The notes under the pieces are model-generated. The model saw only the letters and a program-made list of their open reading frames with translations. It was not told the origin of the DNA and did not search any database. A program made the position numbers and the translations under genes. DNA of 64,000 bases, from assembly GCA_963744145.1 (NCBI GenBank), contig CAVUSO010000001.1, forward strand, positions 4,960,001-5,024,000, read 5' to 3'. Each line of letters begins with the position of its first letter. Positions within the stretch are counted from its first letter, which is position 1. Shown here piece after piece: positions 51,069 through 61,914 of this stretch. The DNA comes from an uncultured cyanobacterium (lineage in GTDB: Bacteria; Cyanobacteriota; Cyanobacteriia; Cyanobacteriales; CAWUOF01).

Positions 51069-51418
51069 CAGCCTATTCCAGGTTTATGAAGTTCATCAAG
51101 GTGATCTGTGGGGCAGGGCGGGTTCATTCAGGTTATTTGTGTGTGGCAAATTCAACGGTGAACCCGCCCCTACAGGGATTCACCAAAAAATCGATCAGGA
51201 TTAGAGGATTACAAGATTAACAGGATTTGTAGGGGCAGGTGAATGAATTTATGATCACAATTAACCGGGATTTGTAGGGGCAGGTTCACCAATCAATTCT
51301 GCTCCAAACAGATAACTATCATAAACCTGCCCAACCAACACAGATCACTCACAAGCGACTTTCACCGATCGCCATTCATGCCAAATCTTACTGTACTTCA
51401 TCAACCTGGAATCTGCTG
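51069..51418. mobile_element. TA-flanked MITE (IS630/Tc1-like ends) containing GTAG REP-like hairpins
   Basis: 24-bp TIRs match at 21/24 (CAGCCTATTCCAGGTTTATGAAGT / ACTTCATCAACCTGGAATCTGCTG); TA on both flanks. Confidence 0.8.
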
Positions 51419-51486
51419 TATGATATAATTGATAAAAATAGTCATAAAAAACTTATGAGATTAGTTATTACCATAAGGTATAACTT

Positions 51487-51720
51487 ATGAATATCGAACA
51501 AGCAATTTTAGAAAAAATTAGACAACTTCCTCCAGAACAACAACAGGAAGTATTAGATTTTAGTACATTTCTTCAACAAAAAACCTCAATTTCTGCTTCA
51601 TATATGAATCTGAACCCTGAACAAAAATCGGCCAATTGGTTAAAGTAGGTCCAAAGTCATTCTTCTCATAATCCACCATTACCGGATGAAGCCTTACACC
51701 GTGATACCATGTATGACTAA
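51487..51720 (+). pseudogene. DUF2281-like antitoxin with an internal stop
   Basis: MNIEQAILEKIRQLPPEQQQEVLDF...WLK*VQSH..LPDEALHRDTMYD*; the TAG at 51646 probably arose from TGG. Confidence 0.7.
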
Positions 51721-51769
51721 TGACTCAATATTTACTTGATACAAACATTCTTATCGCGATCGCGATCGC
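51720..51769 (+). pseudogene. VapC/PIN toxin N-terminal stub truncated at tandem HIP1 sites
   Basis: MTQYLLDTNIL followed by GCGATCGCGATCGC and unrelated sequence. Confidence 0.65.
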
Positions 51770-51867
51770 CGTAAAAAGCGTTCATACCGTTGAAACTGGA
51801 CTTTCCAAAATAAATAACACCCAATTCTACTGAATGGATAGAATTGTCAGAAGGGATTTTCATATAT

Positions 51868-52155
51868 AGTTCATCAATGTGATCTGTGGGGCAGGGCGGG
51901 TTCATCAATACCTCGACTGCGCTCGGCACAAGGGTTATTTGTGTGTAGCAAATTCAACGGTGAACCCGCCCTTACTAGCTCATAAAAATGTCTAGTCGAT
52001 GAATTTATGATCACAATCAACCAGGATTTGTAGGGGCAGGTTCACCAATCAATTCTGATCCAAACAGATCACGATCATAAACCTGCCCAACCAACACAGA
52101 TCAATCACAAGCGACTTTAACTGTGATCGCCTTCATGCCAAATCTTACTGTACTT
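51868..52155. mobile_element. Second, end-truncated copy of the 51069-51418 MITE
   Basis: Shares GTGATCTGTGGGGCAGGGCGGGTTCAT...ATGCCAAATCTTACTGTACTT, carries an extra short-repeat insert and lacks the outer TIR bases. Confidence 0.8.
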
Positions 52156-52823
52156 TTGAAAACCTCTTAACTGCAACTAGAACAGCTAAAAGAGGGAAAA
52201 GATTCCGCGATAGTGTATTAGAATTTAACTATAACCTAGAAACAGAAATCCTTCAACTAAAAGCAGAATTAACAGACCAAACCTACTGTCCAGGCAAATA
52301 TAAAACCTTTGAAATTCTCGAACCAAGACCCCGATTGATCTCAGCAGCTCCCTATCGAGACAGAGTAGTACACCATGGTCTCTGCAACATTATAGTACCA
52401 ATTTTTGAACGTACTTTTATTCACGATTCCTATGCAAATCGCTGTGGATTTGGAACTCATCGTGCCCTACGTCGCTTCACGGAATTTGCTCGTTCTAGTC
52501 GCTACGTTTTACAATGCGATATTAAGAAATATTTTCCTAGCATCGATCATGAAATCTTAAAATCCTTGCTACGGCGCAAATTAAAATGTCAAAATACTCT
52601 GTGGTTACTTGATAAAATTATCGATAATAGCAATGACCAAAATTCACCGATCGATTATTTTCCCGGTGATGATCTATTAACTCCTATCCAACGTAGACGT
52701 GGTTTACCAATTGGCAATTTAACCAGTCAATTTTTCAGGAATGTTTACCTCAACGGTTTTGATCATTTTATCAAAGAACAACTCAAGGTAAAAAAATATA
52801 TTCGTTACCTGGATGATTTTGCT
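52155..52823 (+). pseudogene. Truncated DGR-type reverse transcriptase
   Basis: In frame from [27 protein letters not shown] through [22 protein letters not shown] and YIRYLDDF. Lacks a start and everything after the DD motif. Confidence 0.88.
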
Positions 52824-52940
52824 ATAGGTAGAACGTTCAAAATTAGTGGTGGTCATCATCTTATTCTCCCTTCTAGTTGGTTTTAAACGCTTGGTAATTC
52901 TGCGATCGCACCCTGATCAACAGCCCTAATCTATGGTTAA

Positions 52941-53156
52941 TTACATGGCCATTGAAAACTCATCAACAACCTGGACTTTACCTCTAACAATTAGTCGGAC
53001 TAGACGATTGATCGCGTTTTGGTCTTCGTCACTGATGGACTCGTCTAACAGAGCGGCCATAATCCCGTAGCGATCGGTTTTGGTGATTGTCTGGGTTCTG
53101 GCGACATTGGCGATAATTTCGTTAACTGCACCGGGGAGAATTTTAACTTGAGGCAT
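52941..53156 (-). CDS. Small conserved cyanobacterial hypothetical protein
   Basis: LPGAVNEI..ITKTDRYGIMAALLDESIS.ED..AINRL..RGKVQVVD family pattern. Confidence 0.7.
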   Translation of the reverse strand: MPQVKILPGAVNEIIANVARTQTITKTDRYGIMAALLDESISDEDQNAINRLVRLIVRGKVQVVDEFSMAM

Positions 53157-53298
53157 TTTTTTGTTCCTGTTAGCGAAGCTTGGTTGAGCCATACTTTATG
53201 CTCTGATCATCACCCAGTTTCCTTGGCTGGTATGTGATAGCAGTTTTGTTCAAGCGTGATAGTTTCAGATATACCTAGTGAGAGGCTCTGACTTGCAG

Positions 53299-53314
53299 CG
53301 TGATTGGTGTCACT
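53299..53314. promoter_or_regulatory. CRP-like box
   Basis: CGTGA-TTGGTG-TCACT (GTGA-N6-TCAC) upstream of the small gene starting at 53156. Confidence 0.45.
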
Positions 53315-53343
53315 GTCTCTCAGTAAAAATACAGTGGTGATTT

Positions 53344-53476
53344 CAATACGGTTCGGTTAAGTGTAGGGGCGAAGCATTCGGGCGATAATTGAACGCTCAA
53401 ACGAGTAATATTAGACCCGAATGCTTCGCCCTTCTTCGTCGATATCTCCCAAAATATTCTTAAACGAACCGTATTG
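53344..53476. mobile_element. Second copy of the 18-bp-TIR MITE, in opposite orientation
   Basis: CAATACGGTTCGGTTAAG...CTTAAACGAACCGTATTG; TSD GTGGTGATTT at 53334-53343 and 53477-53486. Confidence 0.9.
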
Positions 53477-54235
53477 GTGGTGATTTGGGGCGATCGTGTT
53501 CGATCTGCAACATTTAATCTGCAAGTAAAGAAACTGTAATAGTATGGGGGGTTAAAAGCTTACGGGGTAATTGTTTTTAGCTACTAGGTGAGAAATGGTA
53601 TGTGTAAGTTAGATGTTTAGTATTTTAAGGAAAGCGATCGCTGGTTTTCCTCTTGGGTCTAGGTCGGTGGCCAGCGATCGCTAATGGATTCGTCAACGAA
53701 GATATAGAAGTGAAACGATTTAGTAATGTTCCACTGGCTTTGAATAGTCGCGATCGCTAGTGCTAAAATAAGAAAAAAAGAGATAATTCTGTCTGAACAT
53801 AATTTAACTGATCAGCATCCCCTCAAGGAAGCGATCGCAGATATATTGCGCGAGATTGAACAAACACCAGAAGAATATTGGCCAAATTTACTTCAGCTCA
53901 TAACACTATTTCGAGAAATTGTGACCATGAAATTGGTATTATGGCAAATATGGATGCTTTGTCAAAAATGATGCCAATATCAGCCGGGAAATCCGGCGAA
54001 AAACATGATTCAGTCGATGACAACAGTTTCACTCTCAGACTTCCTCATTCAACCCAATGTCGAAGTTTACTCCAAGAACCCAATTTAGATCTATGATCTT
54101 TTATAATTATTGGGGTAGTATAACTAATATTAGTGCATCCTCTCCAAGGATACTCGAAAGTCTTATTTAATTCTCAGTATTTTCTCAGACAAGATCATTA
54201 GAATAAATAATTGTTACTATTTTGTCTAAAAAATA

Positions 54236-55249
54236 ATGTTCATGCCAAGAGTTTCATCCCAAGTTTATTTATGGATAGCAGTTATTTTATTTGCTGCTTC
54301 TAACTCATTTGTACGTAAACTAAATGAGATTGGAGAACAACATTTAATATCAGGAAGGAATCCTATTTCCCCTTGTAATATCTTATTTGTTAGTAATATT
54401 TGTGCCTTACTCGTTCTCAGTATAGTTAACTATAATCAACTAAATTTAAAATCATTAAAACAAATTTCGCAGCGAGAATGGCTAGCTTTGGTAGTCGTAG
54501 CTATTTTATCTGGTACATTAACTCCTGGATTTCTTTTTCAAGCTCTAACCTTAACAAAAGTTACCAACATTATTTTGATCGGTCGCATCGAACCTTTATT
54601 AATTTTAGCAATATCAATTTGGTTTTTTAGGGAGGTTATTAATCGATGGGAAATAATAGGAGCTTTCACCTCTTTTCTTGGTGTTATCATTATATTTGGT
54701 TTATCAAGTATAGGTGCGGAAAGTACAATTACTTTTGGTCAGGGTGAATTTTTAATGCTGATTGGATTACTTACTGGAATTATTGGAAATATTATCAGTA
54801 AAATTTACTTAAATAATCTTCCCCCATTTATTCTTACTATTATGCGTATGTTAATAGCAACGATCGCATTTTTTTGGCTTGCTATATATCTTTATGGAAG
54901 TCAACATTTTGCAGAAGCATTTTCACCATTTCTCTGGGAATGGATGCTAGTTTATGGTGCTGTAATTGTAGCTCTTGGGCAATTTTTATGGGCAAAAGGT
55001 ATAAAAGATGCTACTTTATCTGAAGCTTCTTTAGCTGGTTCTTTTAGCCCAATCGTTGGGGTCATATCAGCTTATTTAATCTTAAATGAAAAGCTAATGT
55101 TTTCTGACTATGTCGGAGGATTTGTAATAATTATTGGTTTAGTTTTAAGTCAAATTGGCATTAGACAAAAAACTTTGCTAGTTGAGAGGATAAATACCAT
55201 GAATAATATGAGAGAAGCAGAAATGGGACTTGGCTTTAAAGGAGTTTAG
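54236..55249 (+). CDS. DMT/EamA family transporter
   Basis: About 10 hydrophobic segments in two EamA-like halves. Confidence 0.85.
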   Translation: MFMPRVSSQVYLWIAVILFAASNSFVRKLNEIGEQHLISGRNPISPCNILFVSNICALLVLSIVNYNQLNLKSLKQISQREWLALVVVAILSGTLTPGFLFQALTLTKVTNIILIGRIEPLLILAISIWFFREVINRWEIIGAFTSFLGVIIIFGLSSIGAESTITFGQGEFLMLIGLLTGIIGNIISKIYLNNLPPFILTIMRMLIATIAFFWLAIYLYGSQHFAEAFSPFLWEWMLVYGAVIVALGQFLWAKGIKDATLSEASLAGSFSPIVGVISAYLILNEKLMFSDYVGGFVIIIGLVLSQIGIRQKTLLVERINTMNNMREAEMGLGFKGV

Positions 55250-55311
55250 GACAGCTGCTGTCCCTGACTCGGCTCTACCTCTTACTCAAAATTCATCAAT
55301 ATAACAAATAT

Positions 55312-56349
55312 ATGCTTAAAAAACGTTGGTGGGGTATTCAGCTAGGAAATCGGGCCGCATTCTTCCGGATGACGATTTTAGTAATCATTCTGAGTATCAT
55401 AATTTTGGTGGGATGGTTAGTGATGATTCAGATGCCCGGAAAAAGTTATGATGGTAAAATACCTACTTTAACTCAACCAGAAATTGCTCTGAAAAATAAC
55501 TTACAAACAACGATCCAAAAAATTGCTGGAGAAATCGGTGAGCATAATTATTTATACTACGAGAATTTACTAAAGGTAGCAGATTTTTTCGATACATCTC
55601 TAGTTAAACTCGGTTACAAAATTCAGCGCCAAAACTACGAAGTATCAGGTAAACATTACGATAACATAGAAGTAGAAATTCCTGGTACCGATAAAGCTGA
55701 TGAAATTGTAATTATTGGTGGACATTATGATTCTGTTATGTCAAGTCCTGGCGCTAATGATAATGGGAGTGGTGCTGCTTCAGTTCTCGAATTAGCTCGG
55801 TTTTTTGCAGGTAAAAATATTTCTCGAACTCTCCGTTTTGTTGAGTTTGTGAACGAAGAACCACCGTTTTTTTGGACTGCTGATATGGGTAGCATGGTAT
55901 ATGCAAAACGTTGTCAAACCAGAAAAGAAAAAATCATTGCCATGCTTAGTTTAGAAACAATGGGTTATTATTCTGATCAACCTCATAGTCAGAAATATAT
56001 ATTTCCTTTAAATTTAATTTATCCAGAAACTGGAAACTTTATCGCGTTTATTGGCAATATTGATTCCCATAAATTGGTAAAACAGGTAATATCTTTATTT
56101 CGGAATTATACTCAATTTCCATCACAAGGAGCCGCAATTCCTAGCCGAATGCCCGGTGTAGGATGGTCAGATCATTGGTCTTTTTGGCAATATGGTTATC
56201 CGGCAATTATGGTAACAGATACTGCACCTTTTCGTTATCCTTATTATCATACCAAAAAAGATACTCCCGACAAAATTAATTATGACCGAATGGCTTTAGT
56301 AGTATCTGGTCTAGAAAAAGTAATTTCTGATTTGGTCGAAGTTAAATAA
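55312..56349 (+). CDS. M28 family peptidase
   Basis: GGHYDS, GANDNGSG, FVNEEPP, SLETMG, SDHWSF and YHT..DT. Confidence 0.9.
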   Translation: MLKKRWWGIQLGNRAAFFRMTILVIILSIIILVGWLVMIQMPGKSYDGKIPTLTQPEIALKNNLQTTIQKIAGEIGEHNYLYYENLLKVADFFDTSLVKLGYKIQRQNYEVSGKHYDNIEVEIPGTDKADEIVIIGGHYDSVMSSPGANDNGSGAASVLELARFFAGKNISRTLRFVEFVNEEPPFFWTADMGSMVYAKRCQTRKEKIIAMLSLETMGYYSDQPHSQKYIFPLNLIYPETGNFIAFIGNIDSHKLVKQVISLFRNYTQFPSQGAAIPSRMPGVGWSDHWSFWQYGYPAIMVTDTAPFRYPYYHTKKDTPDKINYDRMALVVSGLEKVISDLVEVK

Positions 56350-56355
56350 AATTGC

Positions 56356-56559
56356 TCAATCAATTACTCTTAATAATCCTTGACGTAAACCTTCAAATAC
56401 TTGATCTATTTGCTGGCGATCGGACTCATTTAAAGTATCTTTAGATAATAGTGCGGACATAAATATTCTTTGATCAGCACGAGTAATCCGATGAGTAGTA
56501 AAAATTCTCTCGACAACCGTTTCAATGTTGCTTTTGGTGAGATTTATTTGTTCTTGCAT
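56356..56559 (-). CDS. Small conserved cyanobacterial hypothetical protein
   Basis: VERIF..HRITRADQRIFMSALLS..L..DR.QIDQVFEGLRQGLLRVID; similar pattern to 52941-53156. Confidence 0.7.
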   Translation of the reverse strand: MQEQINLTKSNIETVVERIFTTHRITRADQRIFMSALLSKDTLNESDRQQIDQVFEGLRQGLLRVID

Positions 56560-56655
56560 AATCCTGAAGGAAACTCGGGATCTCCTCTTGAGAGTGATTA
56601 AGGAAGGACATCCATGAGGATCTCTGTCCAGCATTCGGAAGGTTAACCAACCGAT

Positions 56656-56671
56656 CGTGATGGGTGTAACC
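56656..56671. promoter_or_regulatory. CRP-like box (degenerate)
   Basis: CGTGA-TGGGTG-TAACC, 13/16 identical to the motif at 53299. Confidence 0.35.
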
Positions 56672-56805
56672 CCTCATGTATAAAACCCCCTTACAAGACT
56701 TTACCCCATATTACTAAGGTGAGAAGTCATGCCCAAGCAACTTTTCTTCTATGGATCTCCTATAATCCATATAGTAAAAGCGATAGAAGAGTGGGAATAA
56801 AGGTT

Positions 56806-57696
56806 TTATGGTTGTCTTTGAGGGGGTGTTTGCAGAAAATTTAATAGTTCCCGATTCACCGTTTGAGGTACTTCCTGCTGAATCCAATGTCCACACTGAG
56901 GGACTAATCTGAGCTGAAAAGGAGCAGAGATCAGACGATCTAGTTTTTCCGTAAATTTTTGCGACAGAAAAGAATCTTCTTCACCCCATAACACTAAAGT
57001 CGGTACAGTAATCGGTAATGGTCGCTGCAAATTGCCGAGCCAAGTTTGTGGTGATAATAATTGACGATAATAGTTCAGTGCGGCAGTAATTACCCCAGGT
57101 TTGGCTAAAGCTTCCTGATACATTTGGGTTTGATCTGCACTAAAAGCACCTTTGCGAATAGCTTCTCCCTGAAACAAATTTTTGACAAATTCTTTTAAAT
57201 TCTGTTGAATCAACCATTCCGGTATTCCCGGAACCTGAAAAGCTAAAACATACCAACTTCGACGTAGTTGATCAACGTTACTCACCAACTCCTGGAAAAA
57301 CTGCTGAGGGTGAGGTGCGTTTAAAATTGCTAATCGATGTAAAGTTTGAGGAAACGTTTGGGCTAAGTGCCAAGCGATCACACCACCCCAATCATGACCG
57401 ACTATATGAGCTTTAGTATAACCTAAGCTGGCAATTAAGCCCCGCACATCGGAACAGAGAGTATCCAAATCATAACCATGAGCTGGTTTATCGGAATCGT
57501 TATAACCTCGCAAATCAGGTACTACGACCTTAAAATAACGAGCTAAAGCTGGGATTTGATAGCGCCACGAATACCAAAATTCGGGAAATCCGTGCAAAAG
57601 TATCACTAAATCCCCTTCTCCTTGGGTGACACAGTGTAAACGAATATGATTAGTTTCTATAAAATTGTGTTGCCATCCAGATTCTTGAGCAGTCAT
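56806..57696 (-). CDS. Alpha/beta hydrolase (epoxide hydrolase-like)
   Basis: HGFPEFWYSWR, DLRGYN, GHDWGG and GHW. Confidence 0.9.
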   Translation of the reverse strand: MTAQESGWQHNFIETNHIRLHCVTQGEGDLVILLHGFPEFWYSWRYQIPALARYFKVVVPDLRGYNDSDKPAHGYDLDTLCSDVRGLIASLGYTKAHIVGHDWGGVIAWHLAQTFPQTLHRLAILNAPHPQQFFQELVSNVDQLRRSWYVLAFQVPGIPEWLIQQNLKEFVKNLFQGEAIRKGAFSADQTQMYQEALAKPGVITAALNYYRQLLSPQTWLGNLQRPLPITVPTLVLWGEEDSFLSQKFTEKLDRLISAPFQLRLVPQCGHWIQQEVPQTVNRELLNFLQTPPQRQP

Positions 57697-57768
57697 AAAT
57701 AATGATGATTAACTCCCTCTAATTTAGTGCCCCATATTCTCTACCCACCAAAGGTGACTCAATTTGGA

Positions 57769-59622
57769 TCATAACAAATAAATAGGAAATTCAATGATCA
57801 ACTCCACTCCTCCCTTGGGTGGAGTTTGAATCGAAATACGACCCTGATGGACTTCCACCACAATTTGATAACTAATTGCTAACCCTAAACCCGTCCCTTT
57901 ACCGATCGGTTTAGTTGTAAAAAATGGGTCGAATATTTTTGTCTTAATTTCATCGGGAATCCCCGGACCATTATCAGCGATCGCTACTCTTACCCAGAAT
58001 TTTCCCGAATCTTCAACTATTTGGGTAGTAATTGTTATCACTTTCTCTGATTGCTCCAAACCTTCTAAAGCATCAACTGCATTACCCAATAAATTCATAA
58101 AAACCTGATTCAGTTGGCTATGGTAACATTCAATTAATGGTAAATTACCGTAGTTTTTGATGACCTGAATTTTGTGCTTTAGCCGATGCTGTAACAATAA
58201 TAAAGTATTATCTAGTCCCTCATGCAAATTCGCGGTCTTTTTTTCGGCTTCATCTAGTCGAGAAAAATTCCGTAACGATAAGACAATCTGACGAATACGT
58301 TCAGCTCCCATCTCCATCGAATTTAGCATTTGTGGTAAATCTTCTTCGATAAATTCTAATTCTATTTCTTCGGCAAATTCCTGAACTTGTGGATTTAATT
58401 GCTCCGAATCAGTTTTAGATAAATTGACCAACTGCATTAATTTTTCTACATATTCTCTCACATAGGTTAAATTCCCATAAATAAAATTCACAGGATTATT
58501 AATTTCATGAGCAACTCCAGCTACCATTACTCCTAAGCTAGACATTTTTTCACTTTGAACTAAACGGGCTTGAGTTTGTTTCAGGCTTACTAAAGTTTGA
58601 TTCAATTCCGTTGCTTGTTGGAAGAGAAGTTGAACTTGTTCTTGAGTTTTTTCAAATAATTGAATCTGTCGCCATGCACCGAACAGCGCGATCGCCATCA
58701 ATATTCCTAAAATTATAGCTAATAAATTCAACGCTGCCAGTTGGGATTCAATATTTTCTCGGGGAATAACTAGAGCAATAGACCAGTTAACTTGCTCAAG
58801 CGGAATATATGCAACATATTTCCCCTTGCCATCGATTTGGATTAATTCAATTCCTTCCTGTTTATTTACCATATTTCTAGCGATCGCGGCGAGAGCGGAA
58901 TTTTTACTTTCGAGAAAACTCTCCGCAGGTTTTTCGATAGTTCCCCTCAACTTAGGATCAGGATGAACGATGATCCTCCCTTCAGAATTAAGAGCAAAAG
59001 CATAACTCCCCACTCCATGCTTGAGTTTACCGACCACATCAACTACTCGATGTATATTAATTGCACCACCAACCAATGCTTTTGGGTGAGAGGTATTCCC
59101 CACCGGTGCACTGATAATTACAGTCACATCTCCTGCACTACGAGTAATGAGAGGATCAGAAACACAAATTTGCCCGGTCATTGATTTTTGGAACCAAATC
59201 CGATCAGAAAGATTATGACCTTGAACAAAATCTACATTAGTTCTATAATAAGAACCATCAGCATAAGTATAAATAAAGTGACTGTAGTCTTTTAGACGTA
59301 CTGCTTCTGATTTTAAATAAGGTCCAGCAATCTCCCAGTTAATAGATTGGGCTTGGGGGGTATTGGCCATCATTTCTACCTCCGCTTTACGCGTAGCTAG
59401 CCATTGATCTATATCATTTACACCGTCTTTAACTTCTAATAGCACCGTTTCCTTTAATCGCTCCAGGATGATTTCCCGCACGATTTGGTAACTGATGAGG
59501 GAAACGCCACTTACTACTAAAACTATTCCTGCCAAAATAATAAAAACTACTAAATAACGTGATTGCCATTTTTCTTGCAGTTCAATTTGCCAGAGAGAGA
59601 GTATTTTTTGCAATTTTACCAT
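57769..59622 (-). CDS. Cache-domain sensor histidine kinase
   Basis: TM-dCache-TM architecture, [17 protein letters not shown] and GTGLGL. Confidence 0.9.
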   Translation of the reverse strand: MVKLQKILSLWQIELQEKWQSRYLVVFIILAGIVLVVSGVSLISYQIVREIILERLKETVLLEVKDGVNDIDQWLATRKAEVEMMANTPQAQSINWEIAGPYLKSEAVRLKDYSHFIYTYADGSYYRTNVDFVQGHNLSDRIWFQKSMTGQICVSDPLITRSAGDVTVIISAPVGNTSHPKALVGGAINIHRVVDVVGKLKHGVGSYAFALNSEGRIIVHPDPKLRGTIEKPAESFLESKNSALAAIARNMVNKQEGIELIQIDGKGKYVAYIPLEQVNWSIALVIPRENIESQLAALNLLAIILGILMAIALFGAWRQIQLFEKTQEQVQLLFQQATELNQTLVSLKQTQARLVQSEKMSSLGVMVAGVAHEINNPVNFIYGNLTYVREYVEKLMQLVNLSKTDSEQLNPQVQEFAEEIELEFIEEDLPQMLNSMEMGAERIRQIVLSLRNFSRLDEAEKKTANLHEGLDNTLLLLQHRLKHKIQVIKNYGNLPLIECYHSQLNQVFMNLLGNAVDALEGLEQSEKVITITTQIVEDSGKFWVRVAIADNGPGIPDEIKTKIFDPFFTTKPIGKGTGLGLAISYQIVVEVHQGRISIQTPPKGGVELIIEFPIYLL

Positions 59623-59644
59623 TTTTCAAAAATGGGGGTCGTTA

Positions 59645-59667
59645 CAGCCTATTCCAGATTTATGAAG
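59645..59667 (+). repeat. Solo TIR of the TA-flanked MITE family
   Basis: TA-CAGCCTATTCCAGATTTATGAAG. Confidence 0.65.
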
Positions 59668-59834
59668 ACCATACATCTATAAACTCATTGAGTGTACCAT
59701 ATATATAGGTCATAGGTTGTATTTTCCATGGTCTTCGAGCCTGAAGATCAACCCCCGAAAAGCCATAAAATTGGTATACTAACAAGCATCCAAACAAGAA
59801 ATCCCATAATTAACCTGTCCGAAGGATGGAGCGC

Positions 59835-60095
59835 TCACGACTCACTACAATCATCAATATCCATAGCTATTTTACTTGCTTCTAGTTTTTGCCACAAAGC
59901 TTTGATCTGCTCAAAAGCTTGTTCGGTAGATATTTTACCTCCCGTTTGGAGTGCAGATATGTAGCTAACTTTCTGAGCAAACTCCTGTAAATTGGCATTA
60001 AATGCTAAAGTCTTTGGGTTAAATTTACCATAATATTTACTTCTGGCATATAAAAAACTATCCTTTTTATTTTCGTGGTAATTATCTTGATCCAT
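59835..60095 (-). CDS. Small conserved cyanobacterial protein
   Basis: FLY..YYG.F.P..LAFNANLQEFAQKVSYI..L.TGGKIS..A...IK.LW..L family pattern. Confidence 0.8.
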   Translation of the reverse strand: MDQDNYHENKKDSFLYARSKYYGKFNPKTLAFNANLQEFAQKVSYISALQTGGKISTEQAFEQIKALWQKLEASKIAMDIDDCSES

Positions 60096-60177
60096 TATTC
60101 AATTTTTACACCCATCTAATGGAAAAAAGTGGCCAAAAAATAAAATTCTTAGCCACATAACAAATTAAACAATTTTT

Positions 60178-61407
60178 TTAGTTTAAAGATTCCAAATAGT
60201 CTCGGACTTGATTACGACGCTTAGGTTGACGCAACTTTTGCAAAGCTTTAGCTTCAATTTGACGTACTCGTTCTCGGGATAAATCTAGAGCACGACCAAT
60301 TTCAGCTAAAGAATAGGGATGACCATCTCCCAACCCAAACCGCATTTGGATTACATCTCGTTCTCGACTGGTTAAATCAGCCAAAAGTTGTTGTAAGTCA
60401 CGGTGTAAAGATTCTCGGACTAAAATTTCTTCCGGAGAAGCATTATCTGTTTCGAGTAAATCACCCAGTTCAGTATCCTTTTCTTTACCAACTTTTGTTT
60501 CCAAAGAAACAGAACGGGGTACACGCAATAATACTTCCCGTACTTGAGCCGCAGTCATATCTAACTCTTTAGCAATATCCTCAATTCCAGGAGTATTACC
60601 TTTTTCTTGAGATAATTTGCGTTGAGCTTTCTTAATTTTGTTCAGTTTTTCCGTAATATGTACTGGTAATCTGATCGTCCGGCTTTGGGTCGCGATCGCC
60701 CGAGTAATTCCTTGACGAATCCACCAGTAAGCGTATGTACTAAACCGATATCCTTTAGTCGGATCGAATTTCTCTACCGCGCGTTCTAAACCAAGAGTAC
60801 CTTCTTGGATCAAATCTAATAATTCTAAGCCTCGATTTTGATACTTTTTCGCCACTGATACCACTAACCGTAGGTTAGCTTTAATCATGTGTTCTTTAGC
60901 TTGAATCCCTTCCGTTTGGACTTGTTCGAGCTCTTCCACCCCCAAACCCACAATTTCCGCCCATCGACGTTTACCTGCGGCTAAAATTGGTTTGAGTTGG
61001 GCTACTAACACTCCCGCAGTATTTGCCCAACGTTCGAGGGAAGGTCTGTGACCTAATTGAGCAGCTAGGCGATCGCGTGATTCAATTAACCTGACATAGG
61101 TTTGAATTTCTCCCTCTTCTTCCTGAGCTGCTAGATTGCGTTGCTCCAACAACCGCATATAGCGCTTGACCTTTTGCGCTTCGGAAACTTCCTCGTCTCG
61201 TCCTAGCAAGCGAACTCGACCAATTTCTTGCAGATATAAACGCACCAGATCAGTAGTGCGACGGCTGTTGCTTTTAGACAAGCTGACAGCATCTGGGGAT
61301 TCTATCTCCTCGATCTCGATCAACTCCTCAATTGGTTCTAATGTGGGACAGACATCTTGTCTGTCATAGTCTTCTATTTCAGGATCAAAAAATGATTTTG
61401 CTAGCAT
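60178..61407 (-). CDS. sigC: Group 2 RNA polymerase sigma factor SigC
   Basis: RRTTDLVRLYLQEIGRV, ANLRLVVSVAKKY, GYRFSTYAYWWIRQ and SRERVRQIE..KRRNQVRDYLESL. Confidence 0.9.
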   Translation of the reverse strand: MLAKSFFDPEIEDYDRQDVCPTLEPIEELIEIEEIESPDAVSLSKSNSRRTTDLVRLYLQEIGRVRLLGRDEEVSEAQKVKRYMRLLEQRNLAAQEEEGEIQTYVRLIESRDRLAAQLGHRPSLERWANTAGVLVAQLKPILAAGKRRWAEIVGLGVEELEQVQTEGIQAKEHMIKANLRLVVSVAKKYQNRGLELLDLIQEGTLGLERAVEKFDPTKGYRFSTYAYWWIRQGITRAIATQSRTIRLPVHITEKLNKIKKAQRKLSQEKGNTPGIEDIAKELDMTAAQVREVLLRVPRSVSLETKVGKEKDTELGDLLETDNASPEEILVRESLHRDLQQLLADLTSRERDVIQMRFGLGDGHPYSLAEIGRALDLSRERVRQIEAKALQKLRQPKRRNQVRDYLESLN

Positions 61408-61914
61408 AGGAATTGTCTGAGTTACTCCCGGTTACAAAAGAACGCAGCCAGTTGTTGCCTGTCGTTATTATTCCCATTTTTTAGCAAGAAAATTTATTGC
61501 TAAGGGTTTTTATGACTGACTACATGATTGTTTTGCAGTGGTATCGTTTTACTCAGGATTGATATCGGATTAGCTATCAATTGATTTACCTCTACTCCAA
61601 AAACTGACTAGCGTGAGAATTAAATAGGGTAAGATTGAATCGCGATTATTTTATTCGCGCAGGAATAATGATTTCCTATTGATCCTTAGCATACTTAAAT
61701 CTTCATTAAAAATGTGTGACCTTAGTTGTCGATTAGGCTAATCTTCATCACTGCTAATGGTGACTTTGATTTCCTCTCCACCTAATCTACATCACGGTTG
61801 ATTGTGATTTCGATTACAGCTATGCTTAATTTACACAAATATTTTTACCAATCCGGAAATATTGGGGTTGTAAATACTTGCCCGCCAGGATTGTTCACTT
61901 ATTGATAGTTTTTT

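Noticed and set aside
51069..52886. Group II intron or retron around the RT
   Set aside because: The RT motif is DGR-type, no domain V hairpin or msr/msd was recognised, and the upstream structured DNA is a repeated MITE
53790..54096. Short ORF and antitoxin-like fragment (LREIEQTPEEYWPNLLQLI)
   Set aside because: No clear start or recognisable complete gene; too weak to call
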